Shown here piece after piece: positions 1 through 9,003 of a stretch of 64,000 nucleotides of DNA. The position numbers and the translations under genes are program-made. This stretch comes from Gemmatimonadales bacterium (GTDB lineage: Bacteria > Gemmatimonadota > Gemmatimonadetes > Gemmatimonadales > GWC2-71-9): the NCBI GenBank assembly GCA_050184075.1, contig JBFXAS010000001.1:32013-96012 (forward strand), written 5' to 3'. The number at the start of each line of letters is the position of its first letter. Within the stretch, counting starts at the first letter, position 1. The notes under the pieces are model-generated. The model was not told the DNA's origin. It made no database searches and saw nothing but the letters and a program-made list of their open reading frames with translations.

Positions 1-1
1 C

Positions 2-1183
2 GGCGCCACCGACCCCTCCGAGCCCCCGGCGCTGCTCGAGGCCCTCCCCCGCGAGCTGACCGCTGGCGAGCTCGCGGCCATCGCGGCCAACAACCAGTTC
101 GCCTTCCAGCTCCTCAACACGATCGTCGCCGACGAGCCAGAACCGAACGCCTTCGTCTCGCCACTCTCGGTGTCGATGGCCCTCGGTCTGGTGATGAACG
201 GCGCCCGGGGCGACACCCGCGACGCGATGGCGGCCACGCTGGGCTTCGGCGCCCTGCCCCAGACCCAGATCAACGAGGCCTATCGCTCGCTGATCGCGCT
301 GCTGCTCGGCCTCGACGAGCGGGTCGAGTTCAGCATCGCGAACGCGGTCTTCACCGACAAGACCTACCCCGTCGAGCCCGCCTTCCTGAGCGACGCGCGC
401 CAGTACTTCGACGCCCAGGCCCAGTCGCTCGACTTCGGCAGCTCCACGGCCCTCGCCACCATCAACCAGTGGGTGAGCGACAAGACCAAGGGCAAGATCC
501 CGACGATTCTCGATCGGATCGATCGGGCGGAGGTCCTCTTCGCCGTCAATGCGATCTACTTCAAGGGCCTCTGGCGGGAGCGGTTCGACGAGGGTGAGAC
601 CCGGACCGGCAGCTTCCACGCCGCCGGCGGCAGCAGCCAGAGCGTGCCGATGATGCGCCGGACCGAGCGGACGCCCTACTACGAGGGGACCGACCTCGAG
701 GCGGTCGACCTCTGGTACGGAGCGGGGGCGCACACCATGACGGTGATTCTGCCGTCCGATGGCACCACGGCCACCGAGCTGGCCGCCAGGCTCACGGCGG
801 CCGACTTCGCCACGATCACGGGCGGCCTGATCAACGCCGAGGTGACCCTCGAGCTGCCGCGACTCCGCCTGGAGTACAAGCGGAGCCTCCGCGACGATCT
901 CGAGACCCTCGGAATGGGGATCGCATTCGATCCCGATCGCGCCGACCTCTCGGGCATCGGCCCCAACGCGCCCTTCATCACGCGGGTGGAGCACAAGACC
1001 TTCGTGGACCTGAACGAGGAGGGGACCGAGGCCGCGGCGGCGACGGCGGTCGGCGTGGGCGTGGTCAGCGCGCCGCGCACCGTGACGCTGCGGGTGGACA
1101 AGCCGTTCCTGCTCGCCATCCGGGAGCGGCTTTCGGGCACGATCCTCTTTCTCGGGCGAATCAACGCGATCCCGGGCGCCTGA
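2..1183 (+). CDS. Serpin (serine protease inhibitor), 5'-truncated by window edge
   Basis: Frame 2 is open from the window edge. Translation ...NQFAFQLLNTIVADEPEPNAFVSPLSVSMALGLVMNGARGDT... and the C-terminal hinge/reactive loop EEGTEAAAATAVGVGVVSAPRTVTLRVDKPFLLAIRE are serpin hallmarks. Track ORF 170..1183 is only the part after an internal GTG. Confidence 0.85.
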   Translation, partial: GATDPSEPPALLEALPRELTAGELAAIAANNQFAFQLLNTIVADEPEPNAFVSPLSVSMALGLVMNGARGDTRDAMAATLGFGALPQTQINEAYRSLIALLLGLDERVEFSIANAVFTDKTYPVEPAFLSDARQYFDAQAQSLDFGSSTALATINQWVSDKTKGKIPTILDRIDRAEVLFAVNAIYFKGLWRERFDEGETRTGSFHAAGGSSQSVPMMRRTERTPYYEGTDLEAVDLWYGAGAHTMTVILPSDGTTATELAARLTAADFATITGGLINAEVTLELPRLRLEYKRSLRDDLETLGMGIAFDPDRADLSGIGPNAPFITRVEHKTFVDLNEEGTEAAAATAVGVGVVSAPRTVTLRVDKPFLLAIRERLSGTILFLGRINAIPGA

Positions 1184-1192
1184 GCGCCCGGC

Positions 1193-1456
1193 TCAGCCCT
1201 CTGAGGCGGCGCCTCGGATCCGGCTCCTGAGACGGGCCACCACGTCCGAGGGCACGTCCTCGGCCAAGGCACCTCGGAGCCGGCCTACGACCGTGCCCAT
1301 CCGGTCGCCGAAGCGCTCGCACCAGTCGCAGTCGGCAAGATGGGCGGTGATCTGCCTGGTAAGCTCCGGTGACAGCTCGCCGTCCAGGAAGTCGGACAGG
1401 TGGGTGAGGACTTCCCGACAGCGAAGCCCGGCCACCAGACGATCGAGGTCGCTCAC
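1193..1456 (-). CDS. Anti-sigma factor, zf-HC2 (ZAS) type
   Basis: 87 aa. HLADCDWC matches the H-x3-C-x2-C zinc motif of ZAS anti-sigma factors. Its ATG overlaps the stop of the upstream sigma gene (ATGA at 1453-1456). Confidence 0.75.
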   Translation of the reverse strand: MSDLDRLVAGLRCREVLTHLSDFLDGELSPELTRQITAHLADCDWCERFGDRMGTVVGRLRGALAEDVPSDVVARLRSRIRGAASEG

Positions 1457-2019
1457 GATGCCTCCTCGCGAATGGCGGCGGCGAGCCTGAGCCGACCGCG
1501 GTGCAGGCGACTTTTCATCGCCGCGAGCGTGATGCCGACCATCCCCGCCACCTCGCCCCCCGGGAGCTGCTCCACGTCGCGGAGCAGCACGACCTCGCGC
1601 TCCTCCGCCGGGAGCGAGGCCAGCGCGCGCTCGACCAGCTCGCGGTCGGCGAGTCGATCCAGCAGGGTGTCCGGACGCTCCACCGCGCCCCAGCCCGCCC
1701 GGAGCCCGAGCGCCTCGAGCGAGTCGAGCGGCTCATAGTCCAACGGCTCACCGACCCGACGCCGGCGCTGCCTCGACAGCGCGTGCCTGGCGATCGTGAG
1801 GATCCACGCCCTGGCGGATTCACTCCCTCGGAAGGAGCCCGCAGCCGCCCAGGCGGACGCGAACGCCTCCTGGAGGGCGTCCTCGGCGTCGGCCCGATCG
1901 CGAGCCAGGTGGGTGAGCAGGGAGAAGACGGACGCCTGGTGCCGGTCGACGAAGTGCTCGAACGCCGTCGCGTCGCCGTTCGCCGACCGGCCGAGCAGAG
2001 CGGCGTCCGATTCGCTCAC
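1453..2019 (-). CDS. ECF (group IV sigma-70) RNA polymerase sigma factor
   Basis: Region 2-like DAEDALQEAFASAWAAAGSF and region 4 LPAEEREVVLLRDVEQLPGGEVAGMVGITLAAMKSRLHRGR. GTG at 2019 overlaps the TGA of the upstream DUF2892 ORF (GTGA). The longer 270-aa track ORF has an R/P-rich, non-sigma N-terminus. Confidence 0.85.
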   Translation of the reverse strand: MSESDAALLGRSANGDATAFEHFVDRHQASVFSLLTHLARDRADAEDALQEAFASAWAAAGSFRGSESARAWILTIARHALSRQRRRRVGEPLDYEPLDSLEALGLRAGWGAVERPDTLLDRLADRELVERALASLPAEEREVVLLRDVEQLPGGEVAGMVGITLAAMKSRLHRGRLRLAAAIREEAS

Positions 2020-2225
2020 CGACGGGGCGTAGGACAGGTGCTGACCCCGAGCAGGGTGTAGAGCGGACAGGAGCCGAGCAGGCCCGTCACCAGCGGCACC
2101 GCGCCCAGCAGGCCCCAGAGCGTCTTGGGCCCGACGAAGACCAGGGAGAGGAGGACCAGGCCGAGCAGCACCCGGGCGGCGCGCTCGAGGCCGTGCTCGT
2201 TGCGGGGGAAGATGGAGGAGGCCAT
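2016..2225 (-). CDS. DUF2892 (YgaP-like) small membrane protein
   Basis: MASSIFPRNEHGLERAARVLLGLVLLSLVFVG...LGAVPLVTGLLGSCPLYTLLGVSTC has two hydrophobic helices in the DUF2892 pattern (recall-level). GGAG lies about 10 nt upstream of ATG 2225. An alternative ATG exists at 2249. Confidence 0.6.
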   Translation of the reverse strand: MASSIFPRNEHGLERAARVLLGLVLLSLVFVGPKTLWGLLGAVPLVTGLLGSCPLYTLLGVSTCPTPRR

Positions 2226-2388
2226 GGTAAGTGCTCCGGGCTGAGGCAAGAGAATAGTCGGTCACCCTACCGATGGAGAGCCAAGCCCCGGCCGAAAGGA
2301 TTCAGACCGCCCCCTATGGCCGACCCGGGCCACGGGATCGATATTCGGAGACCAGTCGAGCTCCGCCCCATCTCCGAGGAGATACCCG

Positions 2389-3324
2389 ATGCCGAGAACC
2401 CTGGTCCTCGCTCTGTCGCTCGTCCTGCTCGGCTGCGGCGGCGGCCAGCAGCTGGTCCCCGGCGATGGCCGGCTCCAGGTGGAGGGCGGCGAGATCTTCT
2501 ACCGGGTGGTCGGCAACGGCCCGGGCGCCCCGGTGATCACGCTCCACGGCGGCCCCGGCTACTCCAGCTACTACCTCGATCCGCTTGCCGCCCTCGGCGC
2601 GGAGCGGCCGGTGGTCCTCTACGACCAGCTCGGGTCCGGTCGGTCCGAGCACGTCATGGACACGAGTCTGTACAAGGTCGATCGCTTCGTCCGCGAGCTC
2701 GACTCGCTCAGGCGCGCGCTTCGGATCGAGCGCTTCCACCTCTACGGCCACTCCTGGGGCTCGATGCTGGCCCTCGAGTACCTCGCGACCAAGCCGAGCG
2801 GCGTCCTCTCGGTCGTCCTGGCGAGCCCGGTGATCACCTCGGACTCCTGGGCCGCCGACGGCGCCGTGTTGCTCGCGACCCTGCCCGACTCGATTCAGCA
2901 GGTCGTCGCGCTGCACGAGGCCGCCGGCACGACCGCCTCGCCCGAGTATCAGAACGCGGTGATGGCCTACATGGCGAAGTACGTCTTCGGGATGGAGGGG
3001 CCGATGCCGGCAGAGCTCGACAGTGCGGTGGCGACCTTCAATCCGCTGGTCTACGAGACGATGTGGGGGCCGAGCGAGTTCCGGCCGACGGGCACCCTCA
3101 AGACCTTCGACCGTGCCGCCACGCTCGCGGCGCTCGACCTGCCGATCCTCTTCACCGCGGGCCGGCACGACGAAGCGCGGCCGGAGACGGTCGAGCGCTT
3201 CGCGGCCACCAACCCGAGGGCCTCGGTGAAGATCTTCGAGCGGAGCGCCCACCTCACGATGCTGACCGAGCCCGAGGCCTACGTCGCGGCTCTGAACGAG
3301 TTCTTCCGGGCGCACGACCCTTGA
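2389..3324 (+). CDS. Proline iminopeptidase-family alpha/beta hydrolase, lipoprotein signal
   Basis: N-terminal LALSLVLLGCGGG lipobox, HGGPGYSS oxyanion motif and LYGHSWGSMLA nucleophile elbow. Confidence 0.8.
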   Translation: MPRTLVLALSLVLLGCGGGQQLVPGDGRLQVEGGEIFYRVVGNGPGAPVITLHGGPGYSSYYLDPLAALGAERPVVLYDQLGSGRSEHVMDTSLYKVDRFVRELDSLRRALRIERFHLYGHSWGSMLALEYLATKPSGVLSVVLASPVITSDSWAADGAVLLATLPDSIQQVVALHEAAGTTASPEYQNAVMAYMAKYVFGMEGPMPAELDSAVATFNPLVYETMWGPSEFRPTGTLKTFDRAATLAALDLPILFTAGRHDEARPETVERFAATNPRASVKIFERSAHLTMLTEPEAYVAALNEFFRAHDP

Positions 3325-3339
3325 GCCGCCGGTCGGCGC

Positions 3340-4614
3340 TCAGGCCCTGCCGGTCACCCGCCCGATGGCTTCGAGGGCGCGGTCGACGTCGGCCAGCGTG
3401 ACGGCCACGCAGGGGCTGAAACGGAGGCCGCCGGTCGGCGAGCTGATCACGCCGTGGTCGCGGTAGAGCCGCTCGTGCCATTCGGCCGCCCGCTTGGGCT
3501 CCACGTCGATGATCCGCACCGCCAGGCTCACCTCCGGACTCCGTGGCGTCACCATCGGCAGCCCGAGCGCGGCCAGGCCGTCGGCGATCCGGGCCGACAG
3601 CTCCGCGGTGCGGGCGAAGATCCGATCCGGGCCGACGGTGGCGTGGAACCCGAGGGCCGCTTCGAGCCCGGCGGTGGCCGCGTCGTCGCGCTGACCCATC
3701 GTCTCGAACCGTCGGGCCCCCACCACCGCCGGCGTCACCTCGTTGCCCCAGCCCGCGCCGACCACGCCCGGCCAGACCTCGCGGAGCCGTGACTCCCGCA
3801 CGAAGAGGAGTCCCATCTCCCGGGGGCCCATCAGCCACTTCTGGGTGCTGGCCGCGAACGAGTCAGCGCCCAGGGCGCCGAGGTCGATCCGCATCGCGGC
3901 GAAGGTCTGCGCGCCGTCGACGTGGGTGTAGATGTTCCGCGCCCGCGCCCACTGGCAGAGCTCCGCCGCGGGGATCCTGAGGCCGGAGACGTTGGAGACG
4001 TGCGAGAACCCGATCACCCGGGTGCGCGGTCCGACCGCCGAGGCGAAACGATCGAGCAGCTCCGCCGGGCTCTTGGGGTTGGCGGGCAACGAGATCCGGC
4101 GCACCGCGAATCCCATCCGGGCCGCCCTCACCTCCCAGGCGACGTTATTGGTCGGGTGGTTCTGCTCGAAGAGCAGGACCTCGTCGTCGGGACGGAGATC
4201 CAGGCCGGCCACCACGATGTTGTTGGCTTCCGAGGCGTTGCGGACGATCGCCAGCTCGTCGGGTCGGGCCCCGAGCATCGCGGAGAGGCGCTCGCGGACT
4301 CGCTCCTTGGCCTCGCCGAATCGGGCCCGACTCTGATACGAGACGTCGGCGTCGACGTGGCGGGTCGCCTGGTCGAGCGCGGCCACCACCGACTTCGGCG
4401 CCGGCGACATGTTGGCGGAGTTGAGGGAGATGGTCCGTTGGCCGGGAAGGAACTCTCCGCGGAGCCGCTCCCAGTCCGGCTCGTCGAAGCGCCCGGGCCC
4501 GCGCGGGGCGGCCGGCAGCGGAGGGCGGAGCCGGGGTAGCCCGTGCAACACGCCCGCGCCCAGGGAAGCGCCGGCCAGGCCGGCCACGAAGCCTCGTCGC
4601 GTCGTCGACGCCAT
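3340..4614 (-). CDS. Class V aminotransferase-fold PLP-dependent enzyme with twin-arginine signal
   Basis: Real start MASTTRRGFVAGLAGASLGAG (ATG at 4614, checked as 'cat' on the plus strand). Class V pattern NASEANNIV...HVDGAQ...ASTQKWLMGP, with a putative PLP lysine. The upstream 387 codons of the 811-aa track ORF are R/P/G-rich shadow sequence. Confidence 0.8.
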   Translation of the reverse strand: MASTTRRGFVAGLAGASLGAGVLHGLPRLRPPLPAAPRGPGRFDEPDWERLRGEFLPGQRTISLNSANMSPAPKSVVAALDQATRHVDADVSYQSRARFGEAKERVRERLSAMLGARPDELAIVRNASEANNIVVAGLDLRPDDEVLLFEQNHPTNNVAWEVRAARMGFAVRRISLPANPKSPAELLDRFASAVGPRTRVIGFSHVSNVSGLRIPAAELCQWARARNIYTHVDGAQTFAAMRIDLGALGADSFAASTQKWLMGPREMGLLFVRESRLREVWPGVVGAGWGNEVTPAVVGARRFETMGQRDDAATAGLEAALGFHATVGPDRIFARTAELSARIADGLAALGLPMVTPRSPEVSLAVRIIDVEPKRAAEWHERLYRDHGVISSPTGGLRFSPCVAVTLADVDRALEAIGRVTGRA

Positions 4615-4731
4615 CCGTATGCTCCTGGAGGGAAGGGCTGAAAGGTATCGCCGCTTGACATCTCCGGCGACGCGCCGCAGCATCAAGCCCTGACCAGCCG
4701 GACCCCACAACCCGAGATTCCGAGGCCGTCC

Positions 4732-5010
4732 ATGCCGAAGTTCGTCATCGAGCGCGAGTTGCCGGGTGCCCACCAGCTGTCCAGCGACGAGCTGCAGGCG
4801 ATCTCCGCCAAGTCCTGCAGCGTCTTGCGGGACCTGGGCTCCGAGATCCAGTGGATCCAGAGTTACGTCGCGACCGACAAGATCTATTGCGTCTACCGGG
4901 CGCCGTCGGAGGAGCTGATTCGGAAGCACGCCGCGCTGGGCGGCTTCCCGGCCAACCGGATCTCGGAGGTGGCCACGATCATCGATCCGACCACTGCCGA
5001 GGTCGCCTGA
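4732..5010 (+). CDS. DUF4242 family protein
   Basis: MPKFVIERELPGAHQLSSDELQAISAKSCSVLRDLGSEIQWIQSYVATDKIYCVYRAPSEE...GGFPANRISEV matches my recollection of DUF4242 proteins. A TTGACA -35-like hexamer lies at 4655-4660. Confidence 0.7.
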   Translation: MPKFVIERELPGAHQLSSDELQAISAKSCSVLRDLGSEIQWIQSYVATDKIYCVYRAPSEELIRKHAALGGFPANRISEVATIIDPTTAEVA

Positions 5011-5094
5011 GCGCTTCGCGCCCCGGTGTCGGATTCGTTCAAGGCGGGAGGCCGGCCGCCGGCTAGCTTCCCGTCGACCCGACTTCGAGGAACG

Positions 5095-5583
5095 ATGCGG
5101 CTCGTCACTCTGTCCCTCACGGCGCTCGGGCTCCTGGTCGCCGCGAGGCCCGCGGTCGGCCAGGCTCCCGCGTCCCTCGACCTCGGCCGACTCCACTGGC
5201 TCGCCGGCTGCTGGGAGCGCCGAGCCGGCGATCGCGTCATCTTGGAGATGTGGATGGCGCCGGCCGGCGGAATGATGCTCGGCGCGAGCCGCACCGTGGT
5301 CGGCGGGCGGACCCGGGACTTCGAGCAGCTCCGGATCGAGACCCGCGCCGACACCCTGATCTACACCGCGCTCCCGGCGCGGCAGCGGGAGACCAGCTTC
5401 CGCGCGACCACCCTGCCCGACTCGGGCTTCACGGTCGACAACCCCACCCACGATTTCCCCACCCGGATCAGCTACCGGCGGACCGGCCCCGACTCGCTGG
5501 TCGCCCGGATCGAAGGGCCCGGACCGTCGGGACCTCGAGGCATCGACTTCCCGATGCGCCGGGTGGCCTGCGTCCCCGAGTAG
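5095..5583 (+). CDS. Secreted DUF6265-like protein
   Basis: Start MRLVTLSLTALGLLVAARPAVGQ (signal peptide, GAGGAA SD upstream). WLAGCWE...NPTHDFPTRISY motif is a recall-level family match. Confidence 0.55.
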   Translation: MRLVTLSLTALGLLVAARPAVGQAPASLDLGRLHWLAGCWERRAGDRVILEMWMAPAGGMMLGASRTVVGGRTRDFEQLRIETRADTLIYTALPARQRETSFRATTLPDSGFTVDNPTHDFPTRISYRRTGPDSLVARIEGPGPSGPRGIDFPMRRVACVPE

Positions 5584-5808
5584 CCGGCTGGGGCCGCTCC
5601 CGTCCGACCGGGAAGTCGCCCTGGGTCTCACTGCTCTTCGGTCAATCGCTGGACCGGTCTCAAAGCCGGGGCAACGGCGCTGCTTTCGACGAGCCCTCCT
5701 GGCGTTCGCAGGTCGAAGGCTCCCGGGCAGGACCGAGGGCGGCCTGGCGCTCGGTCGACCGGCCGAGCGGGGCACGGTAGATTCTCCGCTCCCCCGATCG
5801 GGATCCCC

Positions 5809-7746
5809 ATGGCAAGAGAAACCGAGCTCACCGTACGCGGGCTCATCCTCGGCGCCGTCATCGCGGCGGTCTTCACCGCGGCCAACGTCTTTCTCGGTCT
5901 TCGCGTCGGACTGACGATCGCCTCGTCGATTCCGGCGGCCGTGATCTCGATGGGCGTGCTCCGTGCCCTGCGGACCGGCACCATCAAGGAGAACAACATC
6001 GTTCAGACGGTGGCCTCGGCGGGCGGGACGCTTTCGGCCATCATCTTCGTATTGCCCGGGCTGGTCATGGTGGGATGGTGGCAGGGGTTCCCGTTCCTCC
6101 AGACCTTCCTGGTCTGCTCCCTGGGCGGCATCCTCGGCGTGCTGTTCTCGATTCCGCTCCGCCGGGCGCTGGTGGTCAACTCCGACCTGCCCTTTCCCGA
6201 GGGCGTCGCGGCCGCCGAGGTTCTGAAGGCGGGGGCGACCGGGGACGAGGCGTCACCCGACGCGATCGAGCGGACGCGCGGCCCGATCGTGGTGCTGGTC
6301 GGGGCGCTCACGGCGGCGGCCACGCAGATCGTGAGCTTCACCGGCCTCGCCGCGTCGGGAGTCGCGCAGTTCTTCCGCCTGGGCTCGGGCGCGACCGGCG
6401 TCCACCTGGGCTACTCCCTCGCGCTCCTCGGCGCCGGCCACCTGGTCGGCATCTCCGTGGGCATGGCCATGCTGCTGGGCCTGATCATCGCCTGGGGGGT
6501 GGCGACGCCGCTGTTGAGCGCCGGCCTCCCGGGCGCGACGGCCGAGGTGGCGATGACCGTCTGGGCCACGAAGGTGCGCTTCATCGGCGCCGGCGCGATC
6601 GGCGTGGCCGCGATCTGGAGCCTGCTCAAGCTGATTCGCCCGGTCACCGCCGGAATCATCGCGACCGCCAAGGCGGGCGCGGCCGCGCGCGCTGGCCACG
6701 AGCGCGATCGCGACATTTCTCTCGGCGTGATCGTGGGGCTCTCGACCGGATGCCTGATCCTGATCGCCTGGCTGCTCCGCGACTTCATCGGCCAGGGCCC
6801 GCTCGGATCGCTCGGGTGGCCGCTCGCGCTCGGCGGCGTGTTCTTTACCCTGCTGATCGGCGCGTTCGTGGCCACGGTCGCGGGCTACATGGCGGGCCTG
6901 ATCGGCGCCTCGAACAGCCCGGTCTCGGGCATCGGGATCCTGGCGACGGTGGCCGCGGCCGTGCTGCTCGCCGTCTTCGTCCAGCCCCGGCTCGACGCCG
7001 CCGCCACGGAGTCGCTGGTGGCGTTCGCGCTTTTCGGCGTGGCCGTGGTCTTCTCGATCGCCACGATCTCCAACGACAACCTCCAGGACCTCAAGACCGG
7101 TCAGCTGGTCGGGGCCTCGCCCTGGCGCCAACAGGCCGCGCTGATCGTCGGCGTGATCGCCGGCTCGCTGGTCATTCCGCCGATCCTCGACCTCTTGAAC
7201 CACGCCTACGGCTTCCCCGGCGACCCCAACCGCGCCGCCATCGCGGCCGACCCGCTTCCGGCGCCGCAGGCCGCGCTGATCTCCACCCTCGCGCGCGGCG
7301 TGCTCAACGCGGAGCTGGACTGGGGATTGATCCGAATCGGGGCCCTGGTCGGGCTCGGTGCCATCGTCCTGGACGAGATGCTCGGCGTGCTGAAGCTGCT
7401 CAGGCTCTCGCCGCTCGCGATCGGCATCGGCATCTACCTGCCGATGGACGCGACCCAGCCCGTGATCGTCGGGGCGATGATCGGGTGGCTCTACGACCGG
7501 ACCATGCGGGCCAGGCCGAACGGCGAGATGGCCATCCGCTTCGGCGTGTTGCTCGCCTCCGGTCTGATCGTGGGCGAGAGTCTGCTCGGCGTGCTGAACG
7601 CCGGGCTGATCGTCGCGACCGGCAACGCGGCGCCGCTCGCGCTCGTGGGGCCGGAGTTCGCCGGGATGTCGCGCCTGGTCGGCGCGCTCATCTTCGTCGT
7701 GGCGGTGATCGGAACCTATCGCTGGGTGGCGCGCCAGTCGACCTGA
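5809..7746 (+). CDS. OPT family oligopeptide transporter
   Basis: 645 aa and polytopic. N-terminus ELTVRGLILGAVIAAVFTAANVFLGLRVGLTIASSIPAAVISMG is typical of the OPT superfamily. Confidence 0.85.
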   Translation: MARETELTVRGLILGAVIAAVFTAANVFLGLRVGLTIASSIPAAVISMGVLRALRTGTIKENNIVQTVASAGGTLSAIIFVLPGLVMVGWWQGFPFLQTFLVCSLGGILGVLFSIPLRRALVVNSDLPFPEGVAAAEVLKAGATGDEASPDAIERTRGPIVVLVGALTAAATQIVSFTGLAASGVAQFFRLGSGATGVHLGYSLALLGAGHLVGISVGMAMLLGLIIAWGVATPLLSAGLPGATAEVAMTVWATKVRFIGAGAIGVAAIWSLLKLIRPVTAGIIATAKAGAAARAGHERDRDISLGVIVGLSTGCLILIAWLLRDFIGQGPLGSLGWPLALGGVFFTLLIGAFVATVAGYMAGLIGASNSPVSGIGILATVAAAVLLAVFVQPRLDAAATESLVAFALFGVAVVFSIATISNDNLQDLKTGQLVGASPWRQQAALIVGVIAGSLVIPPILDLLNHAYGFPGDPNRAAIAADPLPAPQAALISTLARGVLNAELDWGLIRIGALVGLGAIVLDEMLGVLKLLRLSPLAIGIGIYLPMDATQPVIVGAMIGWLYDRTMRARPNGEMAIRFGVLLASGLIVGESLLGVLNAGLIVATGNAAPLALVGPEFAGMSRLVGALIFVVAVIGTYRWVARQST

Positions 7747-7788
7747 GGCGCGCCGCGCCGATCGCGACCGGCGAGCGGGGGCTCGGCA

Positions 7789-9003
7789 CTACTCGTAGCG
7801 GAGCGCCTCGATCGGGTCGAGCCGAGCCGCGCGGCGCGCCGGCCAGACCCCGAAGAAGAGACCGACGACCACGCTGAACAGCACGGCGAGGCCGATCGCC
7901 TCCGGGGGCACGGTCGTCGTCCAGCCGTTCAGGCTCGACAGCATCGCGGCGGCACCGACCCCGAGCGCGATCCCGGCGGCGCCGCCCACCAGGCAGAGCG
8001 TCAGCGCCTCGAGCAGGAACTGGTAGAGCACCTGGCGGCGGGTGGCGCCCAGGGCCTTTCGGACTCCGATCTCCCTGGTCCGCTCGGTGACCGACACCAG
8101 CATGATATTCATGATCCCGATCCCGCCCACGATCAAGCTCACCGTGGCGATGCCCGCGAGCAGGTAGGTGAGCGTCGCGCTCGCCTCGGCCCGCGCGGTG
8201 AGGAAGCTCGACCGATCGCGGATCCGGAAGTCGTTCTCCTGGTCCGGTCGGAGGCGGTGCTCGCGGCGGAGGATGCCCTCGATCTCGAGGATGGCGGCAT
8301 CCATCGAGTCCGGATTCGCCAGCTGCACGGTGATCCCGCTCACCCGGTCGCTGCCGAAGATCCGGAACTCGCCGGTCCGGAAGGGGATGTAGATGGTCTC
8401 GTCGGGATCCTCGCGTCCGGGCTGGTCGCCCTTGCGGTCGAGCACCCCGATCACCTCGAAGGGAATCCCGCGGATCGAGATCGACTGCCCGACCAGCTCC
8501 TCGGGCGGGACCTCGAGCTGGTCCGGCACCTCCTCGCCCACCACCGCCACGCGGCGCCGCGCCTGGTCCTCGCCGGCGGTAAAGCTCCGGCCGAGTCGGA
8601 CCGGCAGCCGATGCACGTCGACGAAGGCCGCCGTGGTGGCGGAGACTTCGAGGTTGAGGTTCTGGTTGCCGAGCTTGACCTGGAGATCGTTTTGGATCGC
8701 GGGCACCACGGCGGAGAGCCGGGTCGCGTCGCGCTCGAGGGCGTGCGCGTCGTCCGTGGTCAGATTGACCCGCTCCGCCCGGGCGACGCCCCGCCAGTAG
8801 GACTGGCCGGCCGAGATCGAGAGCAGGTCGGTGCCGAGCGCCTCGAGCTGCTCGTTCACCGCGGCCTGCGCCCCGCTGCCCAGCGCCACCATGGTGATCA
8901 CGGCGGCGACGCCGATCACGATCCCCAGCGTGGTGAGCAGCGAGCGGAGCTTGGTCGCCCGGATCGCCTCGATCGCGACCCGCAAGATCTCGAGGGTGCT
9001 CAT
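7789..9003 (-). CDS. MacB-like ABC transporter permease (FtsX/MacB periplasmic domain), no fused ATPase
   Basis: MSTLEILRVAIEAIRATKLRSLLTTLGIVIGVAAVITMVALG... and C-terminal FtsX-type helices (TREIGVRKALGATRRQV). ATG 9003 overlaps the adaptor stop (ATGA). Confidence 0.85.
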   Translation of the reverse strand: MSTLEILRVAIEAIRATKLRSLLTTLGIVIGVAAVITMVALGSGAQAAVNEQLEALGTDLLSISAGQSYWRGVARAERVNLTTDDAHALERDATRLSAVVPAIQNDLQVKLGNQNLNLEVSATTAAFVDVHRLPVRLGRSFTAGEDQARRRVAVVGEEVPDQLEVPPEELVGQSISIRGIPFEVIGVLDRKGDQPGREDPDETIYIPFRTGEFRIFGSDRVSGITVQLANPDSMDAAILEIEGILRREHRLRPDQENDFRIRDRSSFLTARAEASATLTYLLAGIATVSLIVGGIGIMNIMLVSVTERTREIGVRKALGATRRQVLYQFLLEALTLCLVGGAAGIALGVGAAAMLSSLNGWTTTVPPEAIGLAVLFSVVVGLFFGVWPARRAARLDPIEALRYE

